Virus record (IMG/VR): IMGVR_UViG_3300026279_000019
Coordinates: 1-24,321 of that record
Origin: a virus
Taxonomy: Duplodnaviria; Caudoviricetes
DNA: 24,321 nucleotides
Strand: one strand, 5' to 3'
Under the pieces are notes generated by a model. The model saw nothing but the letters and a program-made list of their open reading frames with translations, had not been told where the DNA came from and ran no database searches. Position 1 is the stretch's first letter. Each line of letters starts with the position of its first letter. Shown here piece after piece: positions 1-10,932 of this stretch. The position numbers and the translations under genes were made by a program.

Positions 1-915
1 CGATTGAATATATGATGTTCTTTTACTAACATCACTGTTATTCCAATAAGCACCTATAGTTAATCCACCACTGTTTGTTGGGGAATAATCATGTGCTACA
101 AATCTAGCAATATCCCATTTTGATCCTGCTGTAGGGTTAGTGCCTCCGACCTGTCCAATTACATGTAGTTTTTCAGTAGGAGCATCTATACCTATACCAA
201 CATTGCCCGAGCTGTCAATTCGCAGTCTTTCACTACCATCAGTTTCTGCTGTAATTGTATCAGCACTTGGGAATCTTATTGCAGTATTTGTATCTCCAGT
301 GTGGATTATCTTATCTGCTATACTCACATCACCTGTAACAGCTAATGCAGTAAGAGTACCAACTGATGTAATATTTGTCTGAGCAGCAGTTAATACACTA
401 CCAGTAACATCACCAGTTAGATCACCAGTAACATCACCAGTTAGATCACCAGTAACATCACCAGTCAAATTACCTGTAATAGGACCAGTAGATTTAATAC
501 CAATACTACTTACCCATGCATCATCAGCATCAACAAAGTTCCAAGTTATATCTGTAGCAGAATCAATCGTAATACCAGCACCATCAACAGCAGCATCATT
601 AGCACCACCCTTCGCAATTACAAGATTTTTGTCACTGATTTCTAAAGTGGTTGAATTAAGGGTTGTAGTCGTCCCATCCACTTGAAGGTTACCATTTATA
701 GTAACAGTACCTGCACCACTGTTAGAGTTGATTGTGAAAGCATTGGGGACTGCTAAAGTAGCACCAGTGAATGCATTAGTACCATCCTTTAGAAGATAAG
801 TTCCAGCAGCAGTATCTACTGTACCTTTTTGGGTCCAAAAATCAGCAGCGAGTTCGTTTATTTCAACTCTTTGCTGCTCAAAGGTAAAATTGGTTGCTAC
901 ATTTCTTTGTGGCAT
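1..915 (-). CDS. Tail fibre / fibre-like virion protein, partial (first 305 aa; continues beyond the window edge). Not in the ORF track.
   Basis: ATG at 915 with GAGGA (924-928) 8 nt upstream; frame open to position 1. Manual translation: MPQRNVATNFTFEQQRVEINELAADFW...GNLQVDGTTTTLNSTTLEISDKNLVIAKG...DGAGITID...GNLTGDVTGDLTGDVTG...DGSERLRIDSSGNVGIGIDAPTEKLHVIG... The ERLRIDSSGNVGIG and G(D/N)(V/L)T motifs are typical of trimeric fibre proteins in marine phages. Confidence 0.85.
   Translation of the reverse strand, partial: MPQRNVATNFTFEQQRVEINELAADFWTQKGTVDTAAGTYLLKDGTNAFTGATLAVPNAFTINSNSGAGTVTINGNLQVDGTTTTLNSTTLEISDKNLVIAKGGANDAAVDGAGITIDSATDITWNFVDADDAWVSSIGIKSTGPITGNLTGDVTGDLTGDVTGDLTGDVTGSVLTAAQTNITSVGTLTALAVTGDVSIADKIIHTGDTNTAIRFPSADTITAETDGSERLRIDSSGNVGIGIDAPTEKLHVIGQVGGTNPTAGSKWDIARFVAHDYSPTNSGGLTIGAYWNNSDVSKRTSYIQS
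400..465. repeat. In-frame tandem repeat, 24-bp unit (ACCAGTAACATCACCAGTTAGATC), about 2.7 copies, encoding GDVT/GDLT repeats
   Basis: Read directly: identical units start at 400 and 424, and a partial unit at 448. There is a 12-bp sub-periodicity. Confidence 0.9.
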
Positions 916-931
916 TGGATTGATCCTCTAA

Positions 932-3900
932 TTAGTATGATGCTACTGCTCTTAAATCTTGTATTTTAGGTACGTAAGCAGGGTTACGGGACTTCATAAT
1001 AACTTTCACAGCGAATGATGAAAACTCAGGAAGATCTTCAACGCTATAACTCAACTCTTGATAAGATGATTGCTTCTCAGTGATGCCACTGATAGAGTTC
1101 TCTGAAGTAGCAATAGTATCTGTATCGGGTAAACCTGTTGTATTAAAGTTAACCCATTCAATATCTTCAAAGTTCTCCTGAGATGAAGATTTCTTTATTC
1201 TATATAGGAGTCCTAGGTTGTTTATGTCACTGGTATTAGCAGTGATCTTGACATTAATTCCTGTTGCAGGATTCTGAATTGCAACTTCTTTGGTGACATA
1301 TTTAGCAATAGAAGAACTATCTTTAGACTTAGCATCAGAAACATAATCAATACCATTAGTATAAGATACTTTAGATACTTGAATAAATCCTTCTTCTCCT
1401 GTTGTTTGTCCAGTATAAGAGATGACATCATCCACACGGAAAATATCAGATGCTTGTGTATCTGGACTTGCATTTCTTGATAATGCTATTGTACTACCAA
1501 CCTTACCAGTATAATCATTGCTTAATGGTAACTTATCATTAATAACTGTTAACTGTCCTGCTTTATTATCCCAAAGAACAATAGCACCATCAATCTTATC
1601 TGTATAAACATTAGCAAATCCATCTGGACTTCTAGCAATCACTTTTGATACCGCAGTAGTATTAGGGAAACTAGGAATTATTGCTGTTATAGCAGAATTT
1701 GCAACAGTAACTTTAGGTATAGTAGGAGTTCCTGCATCTGGATTTAAAGCAGTCTGAGTACCAAACTTAAGGCCTTCTCCAGGTGTAAATGTATTTGTTG
1801 TCTTGAGATTTACAGTTAATATAGATCCATTCACCTTAACAATAGTTCCAGAAGCATTACTGGTCATACCTGTAATAGTCTGCAATCCTGAAAGTTTAGT
1901 TGCATCAGTTGTAACATTGGTTCCAGAAACTGTATTTGTTATTGTAAATTCATATACAGGATAGAACTCAAGAACTTGATCTCTACGACCAAATCTATCT
2001 TCAGATCCTTTAGCATACTCAACTCTATTAGTAATAGTCTTCAAAGAAGCCCTAGACAAATCAATCAATGGGGATAAGTGAGAGACAGTACTTGAAAGAT
2101 CTAACTTATATGTTAAAGATCTGTCTAGATTATTAATAGTTTGATTGATCTTTGATGCTATAACTTTTTGATTAACAAAGAAGAAATCTTCATTTAAGAA
2201 TGTCTTCTCATAATCTGACTGACTATATGACGTAAATGTACCAACGTTATCGTCTACAGGTGCTACATTAGTTGTCTTAACTTTAGTATCAACTTTTGTC
2301 TGACTAAATGAAAGGTTTGGAACAATAGCATAAACCTTTTCAAACTTTCTATTATATGATACTAATACACCTGTACCACCACCAAATGCATTAGAAGCTG
2401 ACCTACTAGATGTTGTAATGATATAATTATCAACACCAGTATTTGTTACTTGATATAAATCAGAATTCAATCTAGAGGCTGTTACACCACCAACATCAGA
2501 TGCTCCTTTAAAGAATACATACGATTCTCCACTATTACTAAATCCATTATCTGGGTGATTAATCTTAACTTTAAAGTTATTATTCTTAAAGAGAGATGAT
2601 GTAGCACCAGTATTTGCTTCAGCATTAGTTTCAATTGGATTTGATTCAAGTAGCTCATATCCAAGTTCTTCATTAGTAAGAAGTAATGATGCAGTTCTAG
2701 TAACATCAAATTCAGCACGATATAACTTAAATTTAAGATCTTCAAATAGATCCTCTGTCCAAGCATTAGTGTTTTGAGATTTAAAGAGAGAACCTAAAGC
2801 AGGTTGAGTTGTTACTGTTGTACTAGTAGCAATATCTATCTCACCAAGTTTAGATGCCCATACAAAGTAATCAGTAGAATCTGTCTCAAGAACAAGAGCA
2901 TAATCAGTATCATTCTGTAAATAAACTGGATAATCAAATGTAAATTTAGTTGGAGTTGTAGAATTAACAACAGTAGTTGTTGAATCATCAATTGCAACAC
3001 CCATTCTAACTGCTGGACTATCAATAGTAATAACAGATTCAATTATTGCACCTGCATTACCTGTTCCTGTACCTGCCAAAACAACAGCAGGAGGTTCTGT
3101 ATACTCTGAACCAGAAAGAACCACTTCAGATTGATATACCTTACCGCCAGAAACCCTTACAGTTGCAGTTGCAGTACCACCACCAGGATTCTGAGGACTC
3201 TCAATCGTTACAATTGCAGAATCATAAGCAGATCCAGTTGCCGTAACATTAAGGCCTGTAACTCTACCAGAATCTTTTGCTATCTTAAGAGTATTAGTAG
3301 TATTACCTATATTGTTAGCAAGAGTTAAAGATGGAATTGTCATATTTTCATCTTGCTGGAAAGACACACCAGTATGATTGCTAAGAACTAAGGTATAAAC
3401 TTGATCGTTTAATAAAGTGTATACACCAGCAGCAGTTGCTGTTAACTCAAGATTATTCTTATCAAATACTTTAGAAATAGGACCAGAAGCATTAGATGTT
3501 GCACCAGTTACTTTTTCTGCCTTAGTTATATTTAAATTATCACTAGCAATAACTCTCAAATAAGTATCTGGAGTAAGAACCTTTTGTGTTCCAGGAATAA
3601 TATTCTTACCAGGCTTACTATTATCAACATCAGTTAGATAAACCCTAATAGGGATCTTATCGCTCTTAGTTGAGAAGAATAAATCTAATCCTGTTGTAAA
3701 TACACCACCATCAAAGTTTTCAACTTTAAATGTCTGAGCAAGGGGATTTGGTCTAATTGGATTTGATGTATTGCTTGCAGTTAACTGTGTTCCTTCATTA
3801 GACTTGAAGAATGCAGGAGAAGTGGAAACAATAGAAGATGGATTCTCTGGAATTGCTCCTGTAGCATAATACTTAACTTCAGCATATGTTTCTGCCAAAT

Positions 3901-6900
3901 TCTTATCATCATCAGTAGAACTTGATGTAAACCTAATAGTCTTAACACCAGTAGTAAATCTGATTTCACTAGCAGCAGCATCATAAAGAACAGTATCAGT
4001 ATTACCTGTCCATGTAGTATTCTCTCTTGGTGGTAAACCAGCAGGAACTAATATAATTCCACTAGCATTACCATTCTCATCTGTAGTAATAGATCCATTA
4101 AATGCAGATAAAGAATTGCCAGCAATCCCTGTATATCTTGTATCAGGATTAACCCAACGAGCAATATTTTGACCTTCCATAAAGGCATAGACCTTTGTAT
4201 TAGGCTTAAGACGATTAATTACATACTTAACTGGTACGCTTCTAGCAAAGAATGATAAAGAAGTAGAAATTACATTGTTGCCAACACCTTTGGTACTAAT
4301 TCCTTTACCAATCTCATTATTTTGAGGACTAATATTTGAAGAGCTACCAACGGATGCATTAGTAACACTAGAAGATGCAAGATTACTATTAGTATCAGAG
4401 AATGATCCAATATTAAAGAATGCTCTGTTAGCACCTATCCAATTAACTTTATATGAATTATAAAGACTTGAAAGAGACTCTCTAACATTACTCTTTGCTA
4501 AGAAGATAGAATAAAGATTTGTATTATTATCAGTTACTAATGGTTCAACAGAAGTATCATACCAAGAATCTACACTAGGACCAATAAATGAATCACCAAC
4601 ATACTGAAGAACAACAAATGGATTAGGATTAATTTTCTTAGTAGCAAAATTATTTCCAAGTAAATTTAATTCAGTATATGGAAGGGTAACACGATCTCCA
4701 ACCCTCTTATAACCAGCAGTTGTTCTCTGATCATCTCTTGTATAAACTTCTTCTAATTTAAATGAATCTTCTCTAGACTCAGGCCTCATAACAGATTGCT
4801 GAGTATCAATAGCACATCTATAATCTGTAGATCTTAGATTACCAATTTTATGCGATTCAAAATTATCAACGATGAAACCACTCTTATAACGATTACCACC
4901 AGTACTATCAAGAACTTCCATATTGAGTGCTTGTTGCTCAAGGATACTCAATGTTGTATAGTATTCTAATCTTTCAATACGCTTCTCAAGTTTACCAATA
5001 TCACGCATTGTATAACGCTTATTGTCAACAGGAGTAATTCTTACATCTTTATTTGATTGTGTGTATGCAGGAATATAAACATACGCCAATGCTATAGCAT
5101 CACTAACAGGATCTGGTTTTGATGGGTTAAGAGAAGAATTACCTTCTTTAACTATAAAGTTACCCTTCTTATTCAAGAAGACACCATCAATACGATCAAG
5201 ATATTGTGTCTGAGTGAAAGAGAATGTATACTCTAGTCCACTATCAGGAGCAGGAGTGCTGGAAACAATACCACCAGTTCCAGTAAATGACCTTGTATTT
5301 GCTCCACCTAAAAGTGAATTATTCTGATATCCTGATATAATAGCATCATTATCTACCTTAGGCCTGAAGTCAAGAACATCCTTTAATGATACATTACCTA
5401 ATGCAGGTGAATTGTACGAAGGAATTTCATTTGACTCTACACCAGCTTCATGTAAATATGAATCAACTGTGATGAAGTCACCAGCAGTATGCTCAAAATA
5501 ATCAAAAGCAATAACCAACTTACCAGAAGGTGCTTCAGCACCTGGTTTTAATACAATTCTTGAAGTGTCATATACTGTATCTCTCTGACCATCATCAAAT
5601 GTAAATCTATCAGTTATATCAGTACCACTAACAAGAGTACCAGTTTTATCTACAGTGGGAGCATTTGCTGTAGTACCCATATAAACATATTTTAGTTTAT
5701 ATGCATCAGCATAACTGTATACTGCTGTTGTTGTAGTGTCATAATCATTACCACGGAAAGGAATAACACTATCATTAACAGATTCAACAATAATTCTTTT
5801 GTTGATAACCGATGTCTTAAGTCTTGGTTTTGCCTTTGTAACTTTCAATGTAGCTGTTAGTTTCAACGTTGGATACGTAGGATTAGTTGGCATAGTACCA
5901 AAATACGTATCAGGAAGGTTTAAAGTAACACTACCAGAAGTTAGACCACTAGAAGAATCAACAGAAGATGTAATACTTACTTGATCTGATGTAATATAAA
6001 CAACATCACCATCAACAATATTTGGAGCAGATCCCTTATCAAGAACTGTAATTAAGAAATTACTTTCTGTAAAAGAAACAAACCTCTGTGTTCCAAAATC
6101 AAGTTGAGCAGCAAATGTAATCTTTCCACCACTTGCAGCACCAGTACTTACAAAATCTCTTCTGAGATGATAAGTAATCTTAGAATCTGTACTACTTGCT
6201 ACAAGTGAACTAACTTGATTGGTTCCTGTCTTATAAAGAAGAGTTCCTGAATTAAAATTACTAATAGTAGGACGAACTCTAACAACACTACTGTTACTCA
6301 CATTAGCAGGAAGAGATCTGTCTAGATAAATCCTTGATTTTAATACACCAGATGGTTTAGTTGCTTGCTGAACAATTGCACGAATAGTAGTATCAGTTGA
6401 ATCACTAAATTGAATTAAATCTCCTTGCTGCAATACCTTTGTACTATCACCACCAAATCCATTACATTCAATAAACTTTTTACCTAATGTGCCACTAAAT
6501 GTAAAACCAGTAACTGACTTAGATTCTGAATACTTTTCTCGGTTAACTTCAATATCAGCAGTGTATTTGTTAATATTACCAGAACCAAATTCAGAGAAAA
6601 ATGATTTAACATTTTGGGGAGTATATGTGGATACAGAATCTCTAACCAAAACTGGAGTAACAACTGCACCATCAGTTATTGCAGCACCACCACTACCTTG
6701 AACAGCATTAACAATAGGTGGCCTTGAATACTCTGTGTTAACAAGATTTCTGTTTGCTATAGTAGCACTAATAATCTTTGTTCCACTAATAGTTAAAGAT
6801 ACTTTCGCTGTATCAAAATCAACACCATCAATTCTTAATTTAGTTCCTGGTACATAACCAATACCCCTATCGTTAACAATAAAGTGTGAAATAGTATTAT

Positions 6901-9124
6901 CTTTAGCAATTCTTAGTGTATTATTTCCTTCATCTCTAATTGGTTCACCAGATTTAAATGTTCCAAACAGAGTTTTAATCATTAAAGTCTTTACTCCGCT
7001 GAATGCCTTACCAGCAGCACCTTCTACAACACCATATGCACCGCTTTGAAGACCATAAACATACTGTCCAGTGGTGAAAGTACTTGAATCACTAATCGCC
7101 TCATCTAAAAGGATTCTAGTAAAGAATTGGGGATCAAAATAAGATAGACCAAATGTACTATTGTAAACAGCGTCTCCATTATCCTGACGGCCTTTAGAAA
7201 CAACAACATCTACATCTGAATTAAATCCATTACCTTTCTCAACCAAAGTAACATTACTTGGTTTTGCCATTCCAATAACAGGAGTAATTGTTTCGTTATA
7301 ATCAACAATATGTCCTAATTGTCCTGTATCATTCGTAGCATTACTCTCAGCAGAAGAACCGTGGAACAATCTTCTTTCCCAATTGCTAGTTGCACCAGTA
7401 TCATACTCAAGGAAAAACTGATCTAATTCACTCTTTGTGCCAGTTAAAGTAAGTTCAAGGAATGTATTTGATGTATTTGAATCAACTTCAACTCTACTTA
7501 CAATTGAAAATGCAATTGTCTTAACAGAACTAACATTTTGTGGAGCACCAGCAGAAGTTCTAGTAACAATAAAATAAAGTGTTTCTAATGCTGCTAATCT
7601 TGAATCATTATCTGTTGTTGCACCACTAAGTGCATCAATATTTACAGCAGAATCAAGTTTTAAATATACTGTTCTAATTCCTGCATCAATATCAAAATAC
7701 TGTCCTCTACGATCTAAAGTCTGTTTTGCAGCAGTAGTTGTTTCTGTATTGTTTAATCCAATAGATCCATCATTAAAATTTGAACAAAGGAAAACATTTG
7801 GATAAGCAGTTAATTGAGCACCTTCTGTATTAAGAGGAACAGTTCCATATACATTATTAACCTTATATGTTGGCAATCCAGAAGTCTTTAAACGAATATC
7901 AGATCTATCAAGAGTTTCTCTTGCTTTACCAATTGTTAAATACTTTGTTTCTTTATTAACAATCTCATATCCCTTAACATATGCCTTACCTGGACCAATA
8001 CTTGTTACTAACTTATCTGCAGCTTCAGTTATTGTAAGTCCATTTACTGTATTTGAAATAGAATTTAATGGATAAACACCTAAATTACCACCTGTTTGAT
8101 AAAATTCTCTAACATCAACAGAGAAATCATCAACAACATAATCACCAGACTCATCATAAGTTCTTCTTGCAAGAGTATTTTCAAGAAGGTTGTAGTCTGT
8201 TTGTACTACTTGACTCTGTACAGCACCTGACTTAATAGTCAGTAATTGAATAAAATTCTTATCTGTAGTTGCAGTATATTCATACTGAACTAATGTTAGG
8301 GCAATCTTTAATCTATCTGCACCAGGAGCACTGTAATTGCTTGATCCAATAGAATTATCATACAAAGAAGCATCCGATTCAGCGGAAACAAGACTCTCTA
8401 CAATCTTAAATCCAACCTTAGCAGATGGTTGATTATAATATTTGTCAACAATTAATAGTTGAGAAGCATTTCTTACAAAATATCCATTAACAAAATAAAT
8501 TCCTTCTTCTACTTTAACAGCAGAAGCATAACCCATCGCATTGCTCGTCAATGACGACGATACACGTATGTCAGGATCAGTAACAGAAATACTAGTAGGA
8601 AGTACACTTCCATCGGTTCCAACCACCATCAGTGGTGTATTAACGCCATCTACGACCTCTAGGGTCTCACCTTGACGGAATGTATCCTCATTACCTGCAT
8701 CACCACTAGTTGTATAATTTACAAATACTACATCAGCAGCAGTATCTGTTGCTATACTTGCTTCAATTACAGTAGCAATAACACCAGAAGTTAAACCTTT
8801 TAATTGCTGTCCCTTTAGTTGGGTAATATCATACTTCTTATAAACTATACTCCCATCTACATTTGTAGGTATCTCTGATACTGAGGATAGTTTAACGAAA
8901 GGTAATTTCGTATTAAGACCTACTTCGCCAGGTATTACAAGTTCGCCTTGTTTAAAAGCGTACTTACCAAAACTTTCAATCTGACTCTGGAGTATAGATT
9001 GTAATTGGGTTAACTCTCTCGCTTGAATAGAATACCCAGGGCGAAATAGCACCTTGTAAAAATTCTTATCCTGTGCAAAATCGTCGTAGTATGGAGCTAC
9101 ATTAAGGTTCGTCTTCTGAGGCAT
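932..9124 (-). CDS. Large virion structural protein, VrlC-like / DUF4815 family (baseplate-associated), 2730 aa
   Basis: N-terminus NLNVAPYYDDF...YKVLFRPGYSIQARELTQLQSILQ, internal LARRTYDESGDYVV, RYTMRDIGKLEKRIERLEYYTTLSILE and PLAQTF, and C-terminal PKIQDLRAVA are characteristic of this family. It lies directly downstream of gp8, as in T4-like cyanophages. Confidence 0.85.
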   Translation of the reverse strand: MPQKTNLNVAPYYDDFAQDKNFYKVLFRPGYSIQARELTQLQSILQSQIESFGKYAFKQGELVIPGEVGLNTKLPFVKLSSVSEIPTNVDGSIVYKKYDITQLKGQQLKGLTSGVIATVIEASIATDTAADVVFVNYTTSGDAGNEDTFRQGETLEVVDGVNTPLMVVGTDGSVLPTSISVTDPDIRVSSSLTSNAMGYASAVKVEEGIYFVNGYFVRNASQLLIVDKYYNQPSAKVGFKIVESLVSAESDASLYDNSIGSSNYSAPGADRLKIALTLVQYEYTATTDKNFIQLLTIKSGAVQSQVVQTDYNLLENTLARRTYDESGDYVVDDFSVDVREFYQTGGNLGVYPLNSISNTVNGLTITEAADKLVTSIGPGKAYVKGYEIVNKETKYLTIGKARETLDRSDIRLKTSGLPTYKVNNVYGTVPLNTEGAQLTAYPNVFLCSNFNDGSIGLNNTETTTAAKQTLDRRGQYFDIDAGIRTVYLKLDSAVNIDALSGATTDNDSRLAALETLYFIVTRTSAGAPQNVSSVKTIAFSIVSRVEVDSNTSNTFLELTLTGTKSELDQFFLEYDTGATSNWERRLFHGSSAESNATNDTGQLGHIVDYNETITPVIGMAKPSNVTLVEKGNGFNSDVDVVVSKGRQDNGDAVYNSTFGLSYFDPQFFTRILLDEAISDSSTFTTGQYVYGLQSGAYGVVEGAAGKAFSGVKTLMIKTLFGTFKSGEPIRDEGNNTLRIAKDNTISHFIVNDRGIGYVPGTKLRIDGVDFDTAKVSLTISGTKIISATIANRNLVNTEYSRPPIVNAVQGSGGAAITDGAVVTPVLVRDSVSTYTPQNVKSFFSEFGSGNINKYTADIEVNREKYSESKSVTGFTFSGTLGKKFIECNGFGGDSTKVLQQGDLIQFSDSTDTTIRAIVQQATKPSGVLKSRIYLDRSLPANVSNSSVVRVRPTISNFNSGTLLYKTGTNQVSSLVASSTDSKITYHLRRDFVSTGAASGGKITFAAQLDFGTQRFVSFTESNFLITVLDKGSAPNIVDGDVVYITSDQVSITSSVDSSSGLTSGSVTLNLPDTYFGTMPTNPTYPTLKLTATLKVTKAKPRLKTSVINKRIIVESVNDSVIPFRGNDYDTTTTAVYSYADAYKLKYVYMGTTANAPTVDKTGTLVSGTDITDRFTFDDGQRDTVYDTSRIVLKPGAEAPSGKLVIAFDYFEHTAGDFITVDSYLHEAGVESNEIPSYNSPALGNVSLKDVLDFRPKVDNDAIISGYQNNSLLGGANTRSFTGTGGIVSSTPAPDSGLEYTFSFTQTQYLDRIDGVFLNKKGNFIVKEGNSSLNPSKPDPVSDAIALAYVYIPAYTQSNKDVRITPVDNKRYTMRDIGKLEKRIERLEYYTTLSILEQQALNMEVLDSTGGNRYKSGFIVDNFESHKIGNLRSTDYRCAIDTQQSVMRPESREDSFKLEEVYTRDDQRTTAGYKRVGDRVTLPYTELNLLGNNFATKKINPNPFVVLQYVGDSFIGPSVDSWYDTSVEPLVTDNNTNLYSIFLAKSNVRESLSSLYNSYKVNWIGANRAFFNIGSFSDTNSNLASSSVTNASVGSSSNISPQNNEIGKGISTKGVGNNVISTSLSFFARSVPVKYVINRLKPNTKVYAFMEGQNIARWVNPDTRYTGIAGNSLSAFNGSITTDENGNASGIILVPAGLPPRENTTWTGNTDTVLYDAAASEIRFTTGVKTIRFTSSSTDDDKNLAETYAEVKYYATGAIPENPSSIVSTSPAFFKSNEGTQLTASNTSNPIRPNPLAQTFKVENFDGGVFTTGLDLFFSTKSDKIPIRVYLTDVDNSKPGKNIIPGTQKVLTPDTYLRVIASDNLNITKAEKVTGATSNASGPISKVFDKNNLELTATAAGVYTLLNDQVYTLVLSNHTGVSFQQDENMTIPSLTLANNIGNTTNTLKIAKDSGRVTGLNVTATGSAYDSAIVTIESPQNPGGGTATATVRVSGGKVYQSEVVLSGSEYTEPPAVVLAGTGTGNAGAIIESVITIDSPAVRMGVAIDDSTTTVVNSTTPTKFTFDYPVYLQNDTDYALVLETDSTDYFVWASKLGEIDIATSTTVTTQPALGSLFKSQNTNAWTEDLFEDLKFKLYRAEFDVTRTASLLLTNEELGYELLESNPIETNAEANTGATSSLFKNNNFKVKINHPDNGFSNSGESYVFFKGASDVGGVTASRLNSDLYQVTNTGVDNYIITTSSRSASNAFGGGTGVLVSYNRKFEKVYAIVPNLSFSQTKVDTKVKTTNVAPVDDNVGTFTSYSQSDYEKTFLNEDFFFVNQKVIASKINQTINNLDRSLTYKLDLSSTVSHLSPLIDLSRASLKTITNRVEYAKGSEDRFGRRDQVLEFYPVYEFTITNTVSGTNVTTDATKLSGLQTITGMTSNASGTIVKVNGSILTVNLKTTNTFTPGEGLKFGTQTALNPDAGTPTIPKVTVANSAITAIIPSFPNTTAVSKVIARSPDGFANVYTDKIDGAIVLWDNKAGQLTVINDKLPLSNDYTGKVGSTIALSRNASPDTQASDIFRVDDVISYTGQTTGEEGFIQVSKVSYTNGIDYVSDAKSKDSSSIAKYVTKEVAIQNPATGINVKITANTSDINNLGLLYRIKKSSSQENFEDIEWVNFNTTGLPDTDTIATSENSISGITEKQSSYQELSYSVEDLPEFSSFAVKVIMKSRNPAYVPKIQDLRAVASY

Positions 9125-9152
9125 CTCACTTTATCTCTAGTTTTGGATAAGA

Positions 9153-10877
9153 TCAGAATTCAATTACGAGTTTGATGTCCTCAATTTGGTCAGCAGCTCT
9201 AGTAATCTGTCTTCTGTTCTCTATGTATACGATATCTCCAGAGTTTGCTGCGATTTCAGGAGTTGCTTTTCCATCTGTGAAAGGAATATCAGCAACAGTA
9301 GCGTCAGCATTTGCATCAATTGGACGTGCAGTTGTTGAAGTACCACCAGTTACATCATTAGAAGCATGATTGAAAGGACGTACTACACCGTTATCTGTAT
9401 GGATATCTGGAGATTGGTAGTACTTCAAGATGCCATTAGTTGCATCCCATGAAACAACCTTGCCCTTAGCAGTACCAGTACCGGAACCAACAACTACTGT
9501 TTGGGTTATCTCTTCATCAATAGTATAATCACCACTACCTGTTAATTTCAATGCAGAAGTACCACGAAGAGTACTTGCAGTAGAAACAGTTGTAGTACCA
9601 TAGTTAAATGGATCTTGAATAATTCCAATACGACGGAAATCGTTATCTACAGGGAAATCTCCAGAACCTTCAGCGTAAGTTAGACGAATATTCGTCATAA
9701 CTCTTTTAGCAAAAAACTCATTAGCAAGATCAGAACCATGACCACCTTCAGGTGATATTACGACTTCAACCTTACTATTAGCATTAGCAGCAACTGTAGC
9801 ACCAGTTGTAAGAGCAGCATCGGTATAAACATTACCAGTAACTAGACGGACATTACCATAGGTATATCCTGTTCCAGCTGCTTCCATTTCTACAGTACTA
9901 ATTGCTCCACCAGCAGTTGTAACAACTTTAACTTTAGCACCAGATCCATCACCATCAACAGGAACATAAAGTGTTGCGGATGTAGGAAGGTTAGCACCAC
10001 CATCTGTTGTTACAGCAATATGAATTGCACCATCAACAGCAGCAGTACCAGCATATGTTCCCATTGGCATAAAGTCACTGGATAGGAATGCTATAACATC
10101 ACCTGTTGAAAGGGTGTACATATACTTCCAAACATAACCTGCTGTACCAGCGGCCTCTGTAAATACGCCACTTGCATATGTACCATCAGAAGCCTGTGGA
10201 GTTGTGGAAGGCTCCTTCTGAGCATTCTGTCCAGTTGGGTTAGCAGGTGTCTGACCATTATAAAGACACTTGAACACCTCATAATTGGAGTTTATGACAT
10301 AAAACTTAGATCCAGAAAGTGCGGAAGAACCCAATGCAGTTTGAGTACCAATTGCACCACCGCCACCAGGAGTTACCGAGTAGGATGGACGGTACATATC
10401 AAACTTGGGGTTTGTTGTTAGACTCCAGTTATAACGAGGAGCAACAAGACGAGCAAATGTAGATGTAATACGCTTGGCAGCAATCAGATCATCATATACG
10501 GCAGATTTCTCAGTTTGATTGTCTATTGGAGCAGGAGGAGCATCTTCAGTGGCATATCTATAAGTCTTTGACTTAGCAGTTGCAGATGAAGTACCACCTG
10601 TAATGGTGCTTCCTGCTGCTGGGGCCGCTGTTGTAGTAGTTGCGGTAACAAGTAAACTATTTGAGTGAACTTCGTTAATAGTAGCAGTCAAACCACCACC
10701 TGTGATTGTTTCACCAACTTGGAATGTTCCTACTTGATTATAAATCTCAAGATAACCATACCATTTTTGAGGTCTTCCAACGAAAAAATACATATTGGTT
10801 GGTGACGCTTCAGTAAGCGACTCTAGAAATTGCTTCGCATTGAAGATTCTAAACTTTTCTGAAATAATAGCTGCCAT
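9153..10877 (-). CDS. gp8: Baseplate wedge subunit, T4 gp8-like, 574 aa
   Basis: Motifs MYFFVGRPQxW, YEVFKCLYN, GYVWKYMYT, DFRRIGIIQDP and C-terminal SGDIVYIENRRQITRAADQIEDIKLVIEF; follows gp6-gp7. Confidence 0.9.
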   Translation of the reverse strand: MAAIISEKFRIFNAKQFLESLTEASPTNMYFFVGRPQKWYGYLEIYNQVGTFQVGETITGGGLTATINEVHSNSLLVTATTTTAAPAAGSTITGGTSSATAKSKTYRYATEDAPPAPIDNQTEKSAVYDDLIAAKRITSTFARLVAPRYNWSLTTNPKFDMYRPSYSVTPGGGGAIGTQTALGSSALSGSKFYVINSNYEVFKCLYNGQTPANPTGQNAQKEPSTTPQASDGTYASGVFTEAAGTAGYVWKYMYTLSTGDVIAFLSSDFMPMGTYAGTAAVDGAIHIAVTTDGGANLPTSATLYVPVDGDGSGAKVKVVTTAGGAISTVEMEAAGTGYTYGNVRLVTGNVYTDAALTTGATVAANANSKVEVVISPEGGHGSDLANEFFAKRVMTNIRLTYAEGSGDFPVDNDFRRIGIIQDPFNYGTTTVSTASTLRGTSALKLTGSGDYTIDEEITQTVVVGSGTGTAKGKVVSWDATNGILKYYQSPDIHTDNGVVRPFNHASNDVTGGTSTTARPIDANADATVADIPFTDGKATPEIAANSGDIVYIENRRQITRAADQIEDIKLVIEF

Positions 10878-10915
10878 TGTCTAATTGCCGTGATTTTGTA
10901 AGACTGAATCTGGTT

Positions 10916-10923
10916 TATTTATA
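10916..10923 (-). promoter_or_regulatory. T4-type late promoter TATAAATA upstream of gp8
   Basis: Exact T4 gp55 late consensus (plus strand TATTTATA) in the gp7-gp8 intergenic gap, about 38 nt upstream of the gp8 ATG. Confidence 0.85.
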
Positions 10924-10932
10924 CGTATTTAA

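Noticed and set aside
400-465. Tandem repeat as a CRISPR-like array
   Set aside because: No spacers; it is an in-frame coding repeat of a fibre protein.
9131-9150. TTATC...GATAA inverted repeat between gp8 and the VrlC-like gene
   Set aside because: Only a 5-bp AT-rich stem with no U-tract; too weak to call.
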